DNA from: Naegleria gruberi
Taxonomy: Eukaryota
Assembly (NCBI GenBank): GCA_000004985.1
Contig: GG738845.1
Length of the DNA stretch: 64,000 bases
Reading direction: 5' to 3' (one strand)
Below are positions 23,865 to 33,675 of this stretch, one piece after another. Position numbers and translations under genes: made by a program. The notes under the pieces were generated by a model. The model made no database searches, was not told where the DNA came from, and was given only the letters and a program-made list of their open reading frames with translations. Within the stretch, counting starts at the first letter, position 1, and the number at the start of each line of letters is the position of its first letter.

Positions 23865-26243
23865 ATGAAAGGGTTCAGTCTCTCTCTCCCTCTTGCTAAA
23901 GTTGTTACGGTTGGCGAGGAGGTTGATAACCAAAATGTACAACCTACAACAATTACACAACAAAATTCACAAATAGAACCTAATATTGCTTCTGTTCCTT
24001 TGATATCAAAATTGAACATCTCTTTAAATATGTCAAATACTTCAGCACAAAACAATATTTCTGAAGATGAAGGCATGATACAAAAACCAACTGATTCTTT
24101 TTTTTCCTCTATATCTATTGATAACGAACCAGTAGAAATTGAAAACATCGCTAAACTTTCATCATCTTCATCACCATCACAATACACTAGTAATATTAAA
24201 ATTTATGAATGTTTTGATGATTCTCCTTTTGGTACTGATAGCAACAAACCTTGGAAGAAAGATTTTAAATGTAGAGCATTTCCTCTTTTGAATGGAAAAG
24301 ATTCAAAATTTAAAGTATCATCATGCTATATTGTCATACATTTATTCCAACACCTAGATCAACAAACCAAGAACCGTGATGAGACCAGGGATGAAAATAA
24401 CTTTAAAATGATAGAGCAATTATTCACTTGGGGAACTATTGGCTCATTTAAAGATCAAAGTTATCATGATCTGTCATTCACTCCTCGTGGCTTGGAACAT
24501 CCATTTTCTAGTTCAAGAATTGATCAAAACAACAGGTTTAACTTTGATTTATACGTATGGTATGGTAAAGAATCAACCGATTTTGTAAAGAGTAGAACTA
24601 TTGAAAAAGCTTTAAAATTAGAATCCCAGTTACAACAACCATCAATTGTAGAGAGTTTATTCACATCCGGAAAACCTCAATCTTTTGAAGATTTAATCAA
24701 ATCTGGTAATGCTACTTATCCTTCTAACGTGCCATCAATTTCAATATCAAAAAACCATCACTTACTTTCCCGAATTAGATCTTTAATGGTAGGAGTTAAT
24801 AATATCAACAAATGTAAATTTTTGTTTGATGAGTTATCTACAACACCACCCGATGAAAATTCCAATGAGAAACTCAACAGTTTGCTACAATTACGAAAGC
24901 GACCAATGGCTGGTGTTACTAATCATGAGGATTCACTAGAATCTCCAAGAAAAAAAGAGAGAACCCAACTAAGTCCTATCAATACTCGTGAAGTTGAACA
25001 TGTCGAGGAACCCAAAGTAATGAGTGGAAGAGAATTAGCAAAAGCCTGCCATTATGTTTGTTCTAAAATTACTGATTTCCTATTTCTTGGAAGCGCTGCT
25101 GTAGCACAAGACAAGAAGAAATTAAATGATAACGGAATTACTCATATAATTAATGCAGCTGCTAGTGTTTATTGTGATAATTATTTCCCTAATGATTTTA
25201 CTTACTATTCTCTCAGCTTATATGATGATCCTAACGAATCTATCATTGGTTCTTTTTATGGAGTTATAGAATTTATTGAAAATGCAATCAAGAAAGGCGG
25301 TAAAATTTATGTACATTGTCAAATGGGAGTTTCCAGATCATGCTGTTTATGTATTTCATATATGATGTGGAAATATAGAATGAACTTTAATCAAGCACTA
25401 GAGGATGTGAAAACAAAGAGAGCATGTTGCTCTCCTAATGCTGGTTTTTTAGTACAACTTACTCAATGGGAAACAATACTAGGATTGAGTGATAAGTCAA
25501 AAAAAGAACCAAATGCATATCTCTATCGCATTAGTCCTCTAAATAACTTTTATGCCATTCACAAAGAATTAGTTCCAAAGCTATGTCACAATACTAGACA
25601 TTTAGATTCAAGAACATGTTTCTTGCTTCAATCAAAGAGTCATTTGTTCCTTTGGGTTGGATCACAAAGTACAAACGAACTCTTAGAAGCTGCCAACAAG
25701 TTTATTGAGATATTGAGATCATACTCTCCTAATTCTTTGAATGCATGCATTCAAATGCAAGAAGGTCAAGAAAATGATGAATTCAACCAAATTTTAAATT
25801 CTTTAGAAATTGATACTAGGCGTGCCCCTACCGAATATCAAGATTTAAAGTATCTTCAAATGACACAAGAGGATGCTATGGAGTTAATGAATCAAATTAA
25901 AACAACATCTGGCGAACCTGTTGATCCTGAAACTGAAAAGGAAATGAAAAATTACAAAACTGGAACTTTGTACAGTTATGAAGATAGATCATTTAGCGAG
26001 TTTGATTATTTTGATAGTGAGGATATTTTAGATGATATGTGTTATGTTATGCTGCCTGAAAATGAAGATCACATTCTTGTAATGATTGGTTATGATGTAG
26101 ATCTTGGTGATGACAGTTTGGATGATAGGGGAGAAGAAATTGGAGAGCTCTTTATTGCATGGAAAAAACTACCTGAAAGTACTTCCATTAGGGTTTGTGA
26201 AGAGGATGATCCTGATTTCTTTAGGTACTTTAAGAATGGTTAA
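23865..26243 (+). CDS. Dual-specificity protein phosphatase with a C-terminal gelsolin-like domain
   Basis: Catalytic loop VHCQMGVSRSCCLCISYMM (HCxxGxxRS). The downstream segment ...HLDSRTCFLLQSKSHLFLWVGSQSTNELLEAANKFIEIL resembles a gelsolin-repeat core (LDsxDCFiLD..g.iyvWvG..a...E). True ATG at 23865; the track's 23820 start is a non-ATG. Confidence 0.7.
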   Translation: MKGFSLSLPLAKVVTVGEEVDNQNVQPTTITQQNSQIEPNIASVPLISKLNISLNMSNTSAQNNISEDEGMIQKPTDSFFSSISIDNEPVEIENIAKLSSSSSPSQYTSNIKIYECFDDSPFGTDSNKPWKKDFKCRAFPLLNGKDSKFKVSSCYIVIHLFQHLDQQTKNRDETRDENNFKMIEQLFTWGTIGSFKDQSYHDLSFTPRGLEHPFSSSRIDQNNRFNFDLYVWYGKESTDFVKSRTIEKALKLESQLQQPSIVESLFTSGKPQSFEDLIKSGNATYPSNVPSISISKNHHLLSRIRSLMVGVNNINKCKFLFDELSTTPPDENSNEKLNSLLQLRKRPMAGVTNHEDSLESPRKKERTQLSPINTREVEHVEEPKVMSGRELAKACHYVCSKITDFLFLGSAAVAQDKKKLNDNGITHIINAAASVYCDNYFPNDFTYYSLSLYDDPNESIIGSFYGVIEFIENAIKKGGKIYVHCQMGVSRSCCLCISYMMWKYRMNFNQALEDVKTKRACCSPNAGFLVQLTQWETILGLSDKSKKEPNAYLYRISPLNNFYAIHKELVPKLCHNTRHLDSRTCFLLQSKSHLFLWVGSQSTNELLEAANKFIEILRSYSPNSLNACIQMQEGQENDEFNQILNSLEIDTRRAPTEYQDLKYLQMTQEDAMELMNQIKTTSGEPVDPETEKEMKNYKTGTLYSYEDRSFSEFDYFDSEDILDDMCYVMLPENEDHILVMIGYDVDLGDDSLDDRGEEIGELFIAWKKLPESTSIRVCEEDDPDFFRYFKNG

Positions 26244-26344
26244 TAACCCACAACTCTACAACTCTGTAAATTACTTAAACAACAATAAATACAAATCAAT
26301 AATGCTATTTATTGTTGGACTATGTTCTATCAAACAAAATAAAA

Positions 26345-26947
26345 ATGACCGACTCCAACAACAAATCTCTAACACCTCTTTCCGAATTTCGATTGAGGAA
26401 TCCGAGAGATTTTATAAGAATACAAACAGAAGACATACACAATATGTTTTTTGAGTTGAGGAGAACGGAGCAAGATGCAGACAAAAGATTGTTTTCAAAT
26501 TCAGAAAAATTATTAAAACAAATGCAAGATCTAGCCGAGGAACAAAAGAGAGTTCTTAGTGGATATAACTATAATGCCTTGGTGGAGGATAATCACTCAA
26601 TAAGGAATGAAATTGTAAATAGAAGCCTTGTAAAACAACAAGATATTCAAAGAAGACATTCTATCAAGAAACTTGAAAAACAAATCAGGCAAGATCATTC
26701 TAGATATCAACGAGAAGACCAGATTGACCAAAAATCAGAAGGATTTTTCAGAGGAGGTCAAGAAAATGGAGCATTTCATGAAGTTGCATTTCTTAACTTG
26801 AAAAACAACAATATTCAGGCAACCATTGATACAAATTTTCTAGACAATACATATTTTGAAAATTGTATCGAACAAGAAAACAGTCAAGAAAACAAAACAC
26901 CTCCTATTAGAATGTTTCATTCCAAGAGTCTAAGGAGGAAATGCTAA
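26345..26947 (+). CDS. Hypothetical charged/coiled-coil protein (about 200 aa)
   Basis: In-frame true ATG at 26345 (MTDSNNKSL...). Basic/acidic mixed sequence, no domain recognised. Confidence 0.45.
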   Translation: MTDSNNKSLTPLSEFRLRNPRDFIRIQTEDIHNMFFELRRTEQDADKRLFSNSEKLLKQMQDLAEEQKRVLSGYNYNALVEDNHSIRNEIVNRSLVKQQDIQRRHSIKKLEKQIRQDHSRYQREDQIDQKSEGFFRGGQENGAFHEVAFLNLKNNNIQATIDTNFLDNTYFENCIEQENSQENKTPPIRMFHSKSLRRKC

Positions 26948-26997
26948 GTAAATAGAACACATTTAAAAAATACAATCAACTCTCCCTTGCCAAAAAC

Positions 26998-29823
26998 ATG
27001 GGAAATAATAATACATCGTCAAGTACAGTTAATGCAAACAATAACACCATCTCCGTAGGGTCATCAAACTATCAAAATTATAATGTACAAAGTAAATTTC
27101 ATCCACAGCAACAATTGCAATTATATTGCGAATTTATTCCTGGAGATGAAGTGAGAGTAAAAAGACCTTTAATCTCCAACAATAACATCAATTTACCAAT
27201 CTCTAACCCCACTTTAAACCCACAACAAGCTACAAATATTTATCCAAGTTTTGAATCTTACGATTCCGTACTACCAACCCCATCTCAAACATACATCAAC
27301 AGTAATACGATCCAAACATCTAAAAAGAACCCACAACTCAAGATTGGAACAACAAAAACAAGAATAGTGGATGATTTTGTGATGGTTGATCCAGGAAGTC
27401 CTGCTCTTAACCCACCAACAACTACTTCAATCAATAATAATGTCACACTATCTGATCCATCGAATATTAGATATGATATTAGCTTTCAACCTTCTTCCTA
27501 TCAAACACCTCAGAGTGTACATCATGAGAGTTTTTATTCTTCTTCAAATTCTTTCAACAATTCAAACCCGAATCAAAATTCAGGATATTACGGACAGCCT
27601 GGAGGTACTCCAATCACTGGCAAAGAACATCCACAATATGTTATGCCACCTCCTCCAACTGGTGATATTTACCAATTTCCACAGAATCAAACTTTTAGTC
27701 AAATGTCATACTTTTATCCTCAACTATTTAGTGCTGAATTTTACAGCTCTAACCACATAGTTAAAACTGTAAATGTAAAAACAGTTCCCACAGCAACTTT
27801 TGGACAATACACTTCTGTTGTGGAAATTACTCTTGAAGATGATCCTTATAAGCTAATTTTCTATTCCAACGAGTTAGAACAAATATTTAATGAAAAACAT
27901 CATCAAAGAAGAGTTGAGTATAGGATCATAGAGAGATATGTTCAAATGTGTAGACAAACTCAAACCTATTTATCTACATCTAATTGTACAATACCCATTA
28001 TTGATCCTATCCCAACAGTTTTGGACCTATACACCGAGCATATAAAGAAAGGTACAGCTGTTGTAAGATTGGATCTTGTAGGAATAGGACTTGGTGATGA
28101 GGATGCCAAGGCAGTGGCTTGGACCCTACTTCCACCTTGGTCTATTGGTTCCTCTGTAAGAAGATTGAATTTAAGCGGAAATAAGCTGACATCTAAAGGA
28201 GCTCAATACGTTTCAAACGCCTTCATGTCCCCTTCTACCCAATATTTGAAAAATTTTAATAATACTGGTTCATTTTCTGTAAAGGAGCTAGATTTGAGTT
28301 TTAATAGAGAAATAGGTTTAGCTGGAGCTCAACATTTAGCAAACATGTTATCAAAAAATACTTCATTGACATATGTAAATTTCGCTCAGACTGGTATAAC
28401 TGCTGTAGGATGTGATTTGATAATATCAGCACTTATTCAAAACACAAACTCTTCTGTAATTAAGTTGGATTTAAGACACGACCTAATTGGAGAGGATCAG
28501 ATAGCAAAATTGTGTACCTTAGTAGAAAAAAGAAATTGTTTGTGTTTTCTTGAAATTTATCCTTATAAGGAGATTTCAATGAATGATTCTTTAGAAGATG
28601 ATAATGATGGATGGTTATCATACGATGGATGGGTAAAACACTCACTATTAAGAGAATTACTGGAAAAAAATATGGACTATATGAAGAACCATCCTAAAAA
28701 ACTTCAAAAGAAAGCATCATTAAGTATCAACAAAACACCAACTGCTTCGCCTTCTACAACAGATACTAATGTTGAAATATTAAGCTCATTTATTAATTCA
28801 ATGTTTTCCACTACCACTAAGGTAAACGAGGAACCAAGTGTAACTAATAAGGAGATTGATGACACAGAGTTATCATTCGATAATGATATTTTTAGTTTGA
28901 GCGTTTCTGATCCGCTGAAAAATGATAGAGTTGTAAATTATTTAAAATTGGCTGGAGACGAACATAATCACATGCCAATGGATGATGGTTCTAGTGTCAT
29001 TACCTGTTCCATTTGTTATGAGGATAATAGACCAACAGATGGTACTGTTTTCTTCATGGAGGATTGTGAACATAGATTCTGTTGTACGTGCATTTATGAC
29101 TATGTTAAAGATAAGATTCAAAAAGGAGAGGTGGATAGTATTAAATGTCCAGAATGTGATAGACAATTAACGGTAGTTGAAGTCAAACAGATTTTGAGCC
29201 AAGGTAGAGTTAACAAGATATCCCAATCACATTACTCACAAGCAGAAGATGAAAATTTGTTCAGCAAATTTGAAGAATTTTCTCTAAAGAGAGCTTTAGG
29301 AGGTATGAAAGATTTAGTGTGGTGTCCAAATCCAAAATGTGGAAATGCCATTATAGTAGAGAGTCCAAATATTAACTCTGACCTTCCCACATCACCTCTT
29401 CCTCTATCTCCTTCAACTGTAAAACACAAACCCCACACAACACAAAATACTTCTCCTAATCCACAACTTTCTAGCTCTTTCCGAAAGAAAATGCCAGCTA
29501 TCAAAGTGCATTGCTCTCATTGTTCTTGGGATTCATGCTCTAAATGTATGCAAAAATGGCATGCAGGTCTGACTTGTGAAGAAAATGAAGAGCGAACCAA
29601 AACAAAACAAGACGAACAATTCAAAGAGTGGATGAAAGATCAAGGGGCAAAGGTTTGTCCAACATGTGGGGCCGTAATTCAAAAAACTAGAGGTTGTAAT
29701 TCGATGCTTTGTACTCAGTGTAACACCAAGTTTTGTTATTTTTGTGGTAAATCTTTTTCAACTTCAGAAAAAGAGCATTACAAAAGTTGTTATAAGTGGA
29801 GTCTATTTGGATTTAATTTATAA
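26998..29823 (+). CDS. RBR-type (RING1-IBR-RING2) E3 ubiquitin ligase with RNI-type leucine-rich repeats and an N/Q-rich N-terminus
   Basis: RING1 CSICYEDNRP...CEHRFCCTCIYDY...CPECD; IBR WCPNPKCGNAII...CSHCSWDSCSKCMQKWH; RING2 CPTCGAVIQKTRGCNSMLCTQCNTKFCYFCG. The preceding LRRs (LNLSGNKLTSKGAQYVSNAF..., LDLSFNREIGLAGAQHLANML...) are of ribonuclease-inhibitor type. Confidence 0.8.
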   Translation: MGNNNTSSSTVNANNNTISVGSSNYQNYNVQSKFHPQQQLQLYCEFIPGDEVRVKRPLISNNNINLPISNPTLNPQQATNIYPSFESYDSVLPTPSQTYINSNTIQTSKKNPQLKIGTTKTRIVDDFVMVDPGSPALNPPTTTSINNNVTLSDPSNIRYDISFQPSSYQTPQSVHHESFYSSSNSFNNSNPNQNSGYYGQPGGTPITGKEHPQYVMPPPPTGDIYQFPQNQTFSQMSYFYPQLFSAEFYSSNHIVKTVNVKTVPTATFGQYTSVVEITLEDDPYKLIFYSNELEQIFNEKHHQRRVEYRIIERYVQMCRQTQTYLSTSNCTIPIIDPIPTVLDLYTEHIKKGTAVVRLDLVGIGLGDEDAKAVAWTLLPPWSIGSSVRRLNLSGNKLTSKGAQYVSNAFMSPSTQYLKNFNNTGSFSVKELDLSFNREIGLAGAQHLANMLSKNTSLTYVNFAQTGITAVGCDLIISALIQNTNSSVIKLDLRHDLIGEDQIAKLCTLVEKRNCLCFLEIYPYKEISMNDSLEDDNDGWLSYDGWVKHSLLRELLEKNMDYMKNHPKKLQKKASLSINKTPTASPSTTDTNVEILSSFINSMFSTTTKVNEEPSVTNKEIDDTELSFDNDIFSLSVSDPLKNDRVVNYLKLAGDEHNHMPMDDGSSVITCSICYEDNRPTDGTVFFMEDCEHRFCCTCIYDYVKDKIQKGEVDSIKCPECDRQLTVVEVKQILSQGRVNKISQSHYSQAEDENLFSKFEEFSLKRALGGMKDLVWCPNPKCGNAIIVESPNINSDLPTSPLPLSPSTVKHKPHTTQNTSPNPQLSSSFRKKMPAIKVHCSHCSWDSCSKCMQKWHAGLTCEENEERTKTKQDEQFKEWMKDQGAKVCPTCGAVIQKTRGCNSMLCTQCNTKFCYFCGKSFSTSEKEHYKSCYKWSLFGFNL

Positions 29824-29847
29824 ATATTCAGGATTTACAGTGTAAAT

Positions 29848-32800
29848 CTAATTATCAACGCTTACAAGTTTAAATAAATCAGAAAGGTTTACCATTTGTC
29901 TGGCGTTTCTTTGTAGGTATTTGGAAACATGTTTGTAGATTTTGCCAAGCTCGTCTATTTCTTGTTTTTGCATTTCTTGTACAACAGCTTTCAATTTTTC
30001 TAATGAAGAATATTGTTCCTTGTCTATTTTCTTGAAAGTTGCTTTTACACAGGAAGACCAATCAAACATACGAGCTAAATATCTCAATCTAACCTGCAGA
30101 TCTTGAGGAGTAAAGGTTTGTTTGACAGATACAACAGATCCATTAAAAACGCCATAACCCCCAGGTTGCATAGATATAACATGAGTCGATGAATCCGAGA
30201 TGTTGGCTCTATAGTTACTAGCAGAAGGCTTTAACTCATTTGAGTAATATTTCTTGATGAGTTCTCTAATATTTAGTTGTGAAAGATTGACAATTTTGTT
30301 TGTGGACATTCTAGATTTGCAATGAGGACAATCAAGAATGGTAATACTCTGCATCATGTCTGTATCTGTTGTGCTAATAGCATTCGTCAAAGTTGAAACA
30401 AGGTCAAGGTTTACCTTGTTCGAACAGTGATCACAAGTAAAGTTGACAGGTAGTTCAATACCTTCAAATTCATCGTATTCTTCCTGCCTAGAGAGTATTT
30501 TATACTCTTCCATGTTATCATCGTCACCATAGCTAGTTCTGAAATATTTCTTCTCTAGTCCCAAGCATTCGGCTATCAGAGCTTTGTCTGTTTGTTGTAA
30601 ATATTCACACAAACGAGAAACTGGAGGGAATACTTGTTGAGCAAGATACCATTCATAATCAAGTTCCAAATTATTATCTTTTTGCTCTGCTCTGAAGGTA
30701 TCTGGATGAACAGCTCTTTCAGAAACTTTGGAGGAAGAAGTACCATCCTTTCTTAAGGTGATAACGAAGGGAATACGTTGATGCAGTCTAACAGCTTGAC
30801 CATTTCTTCTCATTTCTAAAGCAACCTGAACATGAGGATGATTAATGGCATCTGTATATTGTTCAGGTTCTTTTGTGAGTGCTGTTGTGAGAATATATTG
30901 TTCAAGTGGAACTCTATTATTTCTTACATCGTCAGCAATTTCTCTAAGGTGGGTATGGATGTTAGCAACTATTTCTTCTGGTGTTGGTTGTGTTTGGCAG
31001 TCTACAGGTTCATTTGGTCTTAATATTTGATCAATAATGTATTGAGAAACGTTTCTAGAAAGATCACACCAATCTCTTCTGACCATATCAAGGCCTTTAA
31101 GTTCAAGTTTTGGGATAATTGTGCCTTGCTTATTTTTAGTATGAATTAGGGCACCATATTTCTTCTTTCTAAGGAGTAACATTCTTCTAAATAAACCATC
31201 AATATCAATTTCCAATTTTCCTTTACCTTTTCTAAAGGAATTGTTAATTTCCTTTTTGATTTCCTCACCCTTAGATAGAGCCTCATCATAGTTTGTAGTG
31301 TCGGTGGCAATCATAACAGAGTCAGTATCACCATAGATAACGCTGAATCTCAAACTATTCTCAATTAATTGTTTAGTTTGAGTCAAAATGTTTCTTCCTT
31401 CTACTGTAATTGATTCTGCCATTTGCTTGCAAAAAAATCTACTAAAAGTAAAACCTAAACAACCATAGGTAGAGTTTGCTGTCAATTTCAAAGCACGTTG
31501 ACGCATGTCATATTGCCATCTTTGTACACCAGTTGCTTGTTCCATTTGTCTTTGAGCTTGTCTTCTTCTTGAAAGTAGTGTTTCAATAACTAGAGGCAAT
31601 ACGGTTTTATCATTCTTGTGTTCCTCTCTCTCTTCTTCAGTGTATAAAAAATTAGAGAAACAAATATTATTTTCCAAAATGATAGATGGGTAAAGAGAGT
31701 TGAAATCCAAAAGAAGTACATAATTGTGATGAAAACCTGATTTAGGATCTAAAACTAAACCACCAGAATATTTTGGTTTTCTGCCACCACGTTTTCCAAA
31801 AGCACGTGATTTGTCTGGCAAAATATATTTTTGTTTGTAGAACTCATGAAGCAATAGATACTCAATACGTTCACTTCTAGATCCAATGAGAGTTCTATTC
31901 CATAAATTACCTGCTGCATTTGTAAGTTCCTTGGTAAGAGGGATTAAACTTAATTTTTCCATCAAATCCATTGACACTTGTGCATCATGTTCTACAAAGG
32001 CACAGAATTTTTCTACACCCTCAACACTTGAAAAATATTTTGCTGTCAGAATCAGATTACCATCATAAAGAGGATTACGAATATCCTTCTCGAGAGGAGT
32101 TTCTCCCAATTGAGAAACTCTTAAATCTTCAAGAGAATATGACTTTTCTCTTAAGTACTCCTTAACAGCGATATATGTATCACATACTAATCTACCAGCA
32201 AGAGACTCTTTTTCAGATTTGGTAGACTCATTCATACCTCCTGGCAATGGTTGAAGCATAGGATATCGACTTAATCTCAATCTGCCAACACGAGACCACA
32301 AAACTCCATCTGTTCCCTTAAGAGCTTTCCAACGTTGCAATATAATATCAAGTTCAAAACTAAGGAAGCTGTGTCCAATATACATATCTGGGTCGTACTG
32401 TTGAATTTGAGCCATCAAACGATTAATGAGGGATGTTTCATTAAATTCTAGTTCTATTCCATTAGAGTCAACTGAATTGTCATCAACTTTTCTGGCAACA
32501 ATGAACTTCTTTCGTTGACTTTGCTGACCGGTAAAAGAATACTCTTGAAGTATGCAACAAACAGCAACTATTTCGTTAACTTTCTTTTCTTCGTTGTGGA
32601 TAGTTTTAACTTTCAATGACATTAAAACCAATGGAGGTGGTGATCTATCATCATTGATAACAGAAATATTTGTTGGTTCATCTGTACTAACTTCAAATTT
32701 ACACCAACTCAATTGACCGGATGATTTGACATGGAATTTTTGAATAGAAAGCCATGAAGGTCCCATCAACTTTCTTTTCAAAATAAATTCTTCCAATCCA

Positions 32801-33468
32801 CTAGTAGTTGCGTGGAAAACCTTGCTGAATAACTTAGAACCTCTAAACTCTTGTAAATGTGGTTTTAAATTCTTAACATCAAATATAACAACTTTAACCA
32901 TGGTAATGCTCTTGTTGTATGGTACATCAGCATCCTCAAATATGTATTTTCTTTCCTTGAATTTAAAACCAAATTTCTCTGGTGAAATTTTCAATACTTC
33001 AGATAATTCTTCTTGTATTCTTGATTCTTGTTCTTGATTGACAAGTTTTGCCTCTATTGGCTCACGAGGAAGAAAATAGATAGTTTTTTGTACTTTTTCA
33101 AGTCTGACACAGCAACTGGCGTAATTATTTGGAAGGGTTTCGATTTTACCAAACAAAATAATTCTACCATCAAGTTCACAAGAATCAACAAAATAAAAAT
33201 CCAGTTTGCTCTTTCCTTCTAAAGAAAATCCCACTGTCTGATTCTTGATGAATTGGTCCTGTTGTTCGATGAAGGGAATTTTGCTTTTAAAATCATCAGG
33301 AAGTATTGAAATTTCTTTCACATCACCCGATTTTGTACTACTAAATAATTTATGTCTCTTTTGTTGAGGGGAGGCTGATATTTCATCCTCATCGCTCATG
33401 GCAGAGGTGTTTACATCAAAATCTTCCTCTTGCTCACTGTCACTTTCTTCGTGTGAACGTCTTTTCAT
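29848..33468 (-). CDS. POLA1: DNA polymerase alpha catalytic subunit (family B), N-terminally reduced (1206 aa)
   Basis: DFNSLYPSII (motif A), YGDTDS (motif C), KLTANSTYGCLGF, a C-terminal zinc module CDHCSNK...CPHCKS, and FYFVDSCELDGRIILFGKIE...CCVRLEKVQKTIYFLPRE aligning to Pol-alpha N-terminal-domain landmarks. Single exon. Confidence 0.9.
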   Translation of the reverse strand: MKRRSHEESDSEQEEDFDVNTSAMSDEDEISASPQQKRHKLFSSTKSGDVKEISILPDDFKSKIPFIEQQDQFIKNQTVGFSLEGKSKLDFYFVDSCELDGRIILFGKIETLPNNYASCCVRLEKVQKTIYFLPREPIEAKLVNQEQESRIQEELSEVLKISPEKFGFKFKERKYIFEDADVPYNKSITMVKVVIFDVKNLKPHLQEFRGSKLFSKVFHATTSGLEEFILKRKLMGPSWLSIQKFHVKSSGQLSWCKFEVSTDEPTNISVINDDRSPPPLVLMSLKVKTIHNEEKKVNEIVAVCCILQEYSFTGQQSQRKKFIVARKVDDNSVDSNGIELEFNETSLINRLMAQIQQYDPDMYIGHSFLSFELDIILQRWKALKGTDGVLWSRVGRLRLSRYPMLQPLPGGMNESTKSEKESLAGRLVCDTYIAVKEYLREKSYSLEDLRVSQLGETPLEKDIRNPLYDGNLILTAKYFSSVEGVEKFCAFVEHDAQVSMDLMEKLSLIPLTKELTNAAGNLWNRTLIGSRSERIEYLLLHEFYKQKYILPDKSRAFGKRGGRKPKYSGGLVLDPKSGFHHNYVLLLDFNSLYPSIILENNICFSNFLYTEEEREEHKNDKTVLPLVIETLLSRRRQAQRQMEQATGVQRWQYDMRQRALKLTANSTYGCLGFTFSRFFCKQMAESITVEGRNILTQTKQLIENSLRFSVIYGDTDSVMIATDTTNYDEALSKGEEIKKEINNSFRKGKGKLEIDIDGLFRRMLLLRKKKYGALIHTKNKQGTIIPKLELKGLDMVRRDWCDLSRNVSQYIIDQILRPNEPVDCQTQPTPEEIVANIHTHLREIADDVRNNRVPLEQYILTTALTKEPEQYTDAINHPHVQVALEMRRNGQAVRLHQRIPFVITLRKDGTSSSKVSERAVHPDTFRAEQKDNNLELDYEWYLAQQVFPPVSRLCEYLQQTDKALIAECLGLEKKYFRTSYGDDDNMEEYKILSRQEEYDEFEGIELPVNFTCDHCSNKVNLDLVSTLTNAISTTDTDMMQSITILDCPHCKSRMSTNKIVNLSQLNIRELIKKYYSNELKPSASNYRANISDSSTHVISMQPGGYGVFNGSVVSVKQTFTPQDLQVRLRYLARMFDWSSCVKATFKKIDKEQYSSLEKLKAVVQEMQKQEIDELGKIYKHVSKYLQRNARQMVNLSDLFKLVSVDN

Positions 33469-33493
33469 TTTTTTTAACTGATTCTTTTAAAAG

Positions 33494-33523
33494 TGTGGCG
33501 GGAAAAATGTGGCGCCAAGTTTG
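33494..33523 (-). promoter_or_regulatory. Tandem E2F-like sites upstream of DNA pol alpha (reads CTTGGCGCCACATTTTTCCCGCCAC on the gene strand)
   Basis: TTTCCCGCC and TTGGCGCC lie 26-55 nt upstream of the Pol-alpha ATG (33468). They fit the E2F consensus TTTSSCGC. Pol alpha is a classic E2F target in animals and plants. Confidence 0.45.
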
Positions 33524-33675
33524 TTGTAAAACAAAGCAGCACTTTAAAAGACTTTACACTAATTGGAAAATTGAATAATTATAAGCAAATTCTTTAAAAG
33601 TAAAATATGATATCTGATTCTTGTACGTTATCTTGAAGTTTTTAGAGCAATCTTAAGGCATTCTAACAGAAAAAA

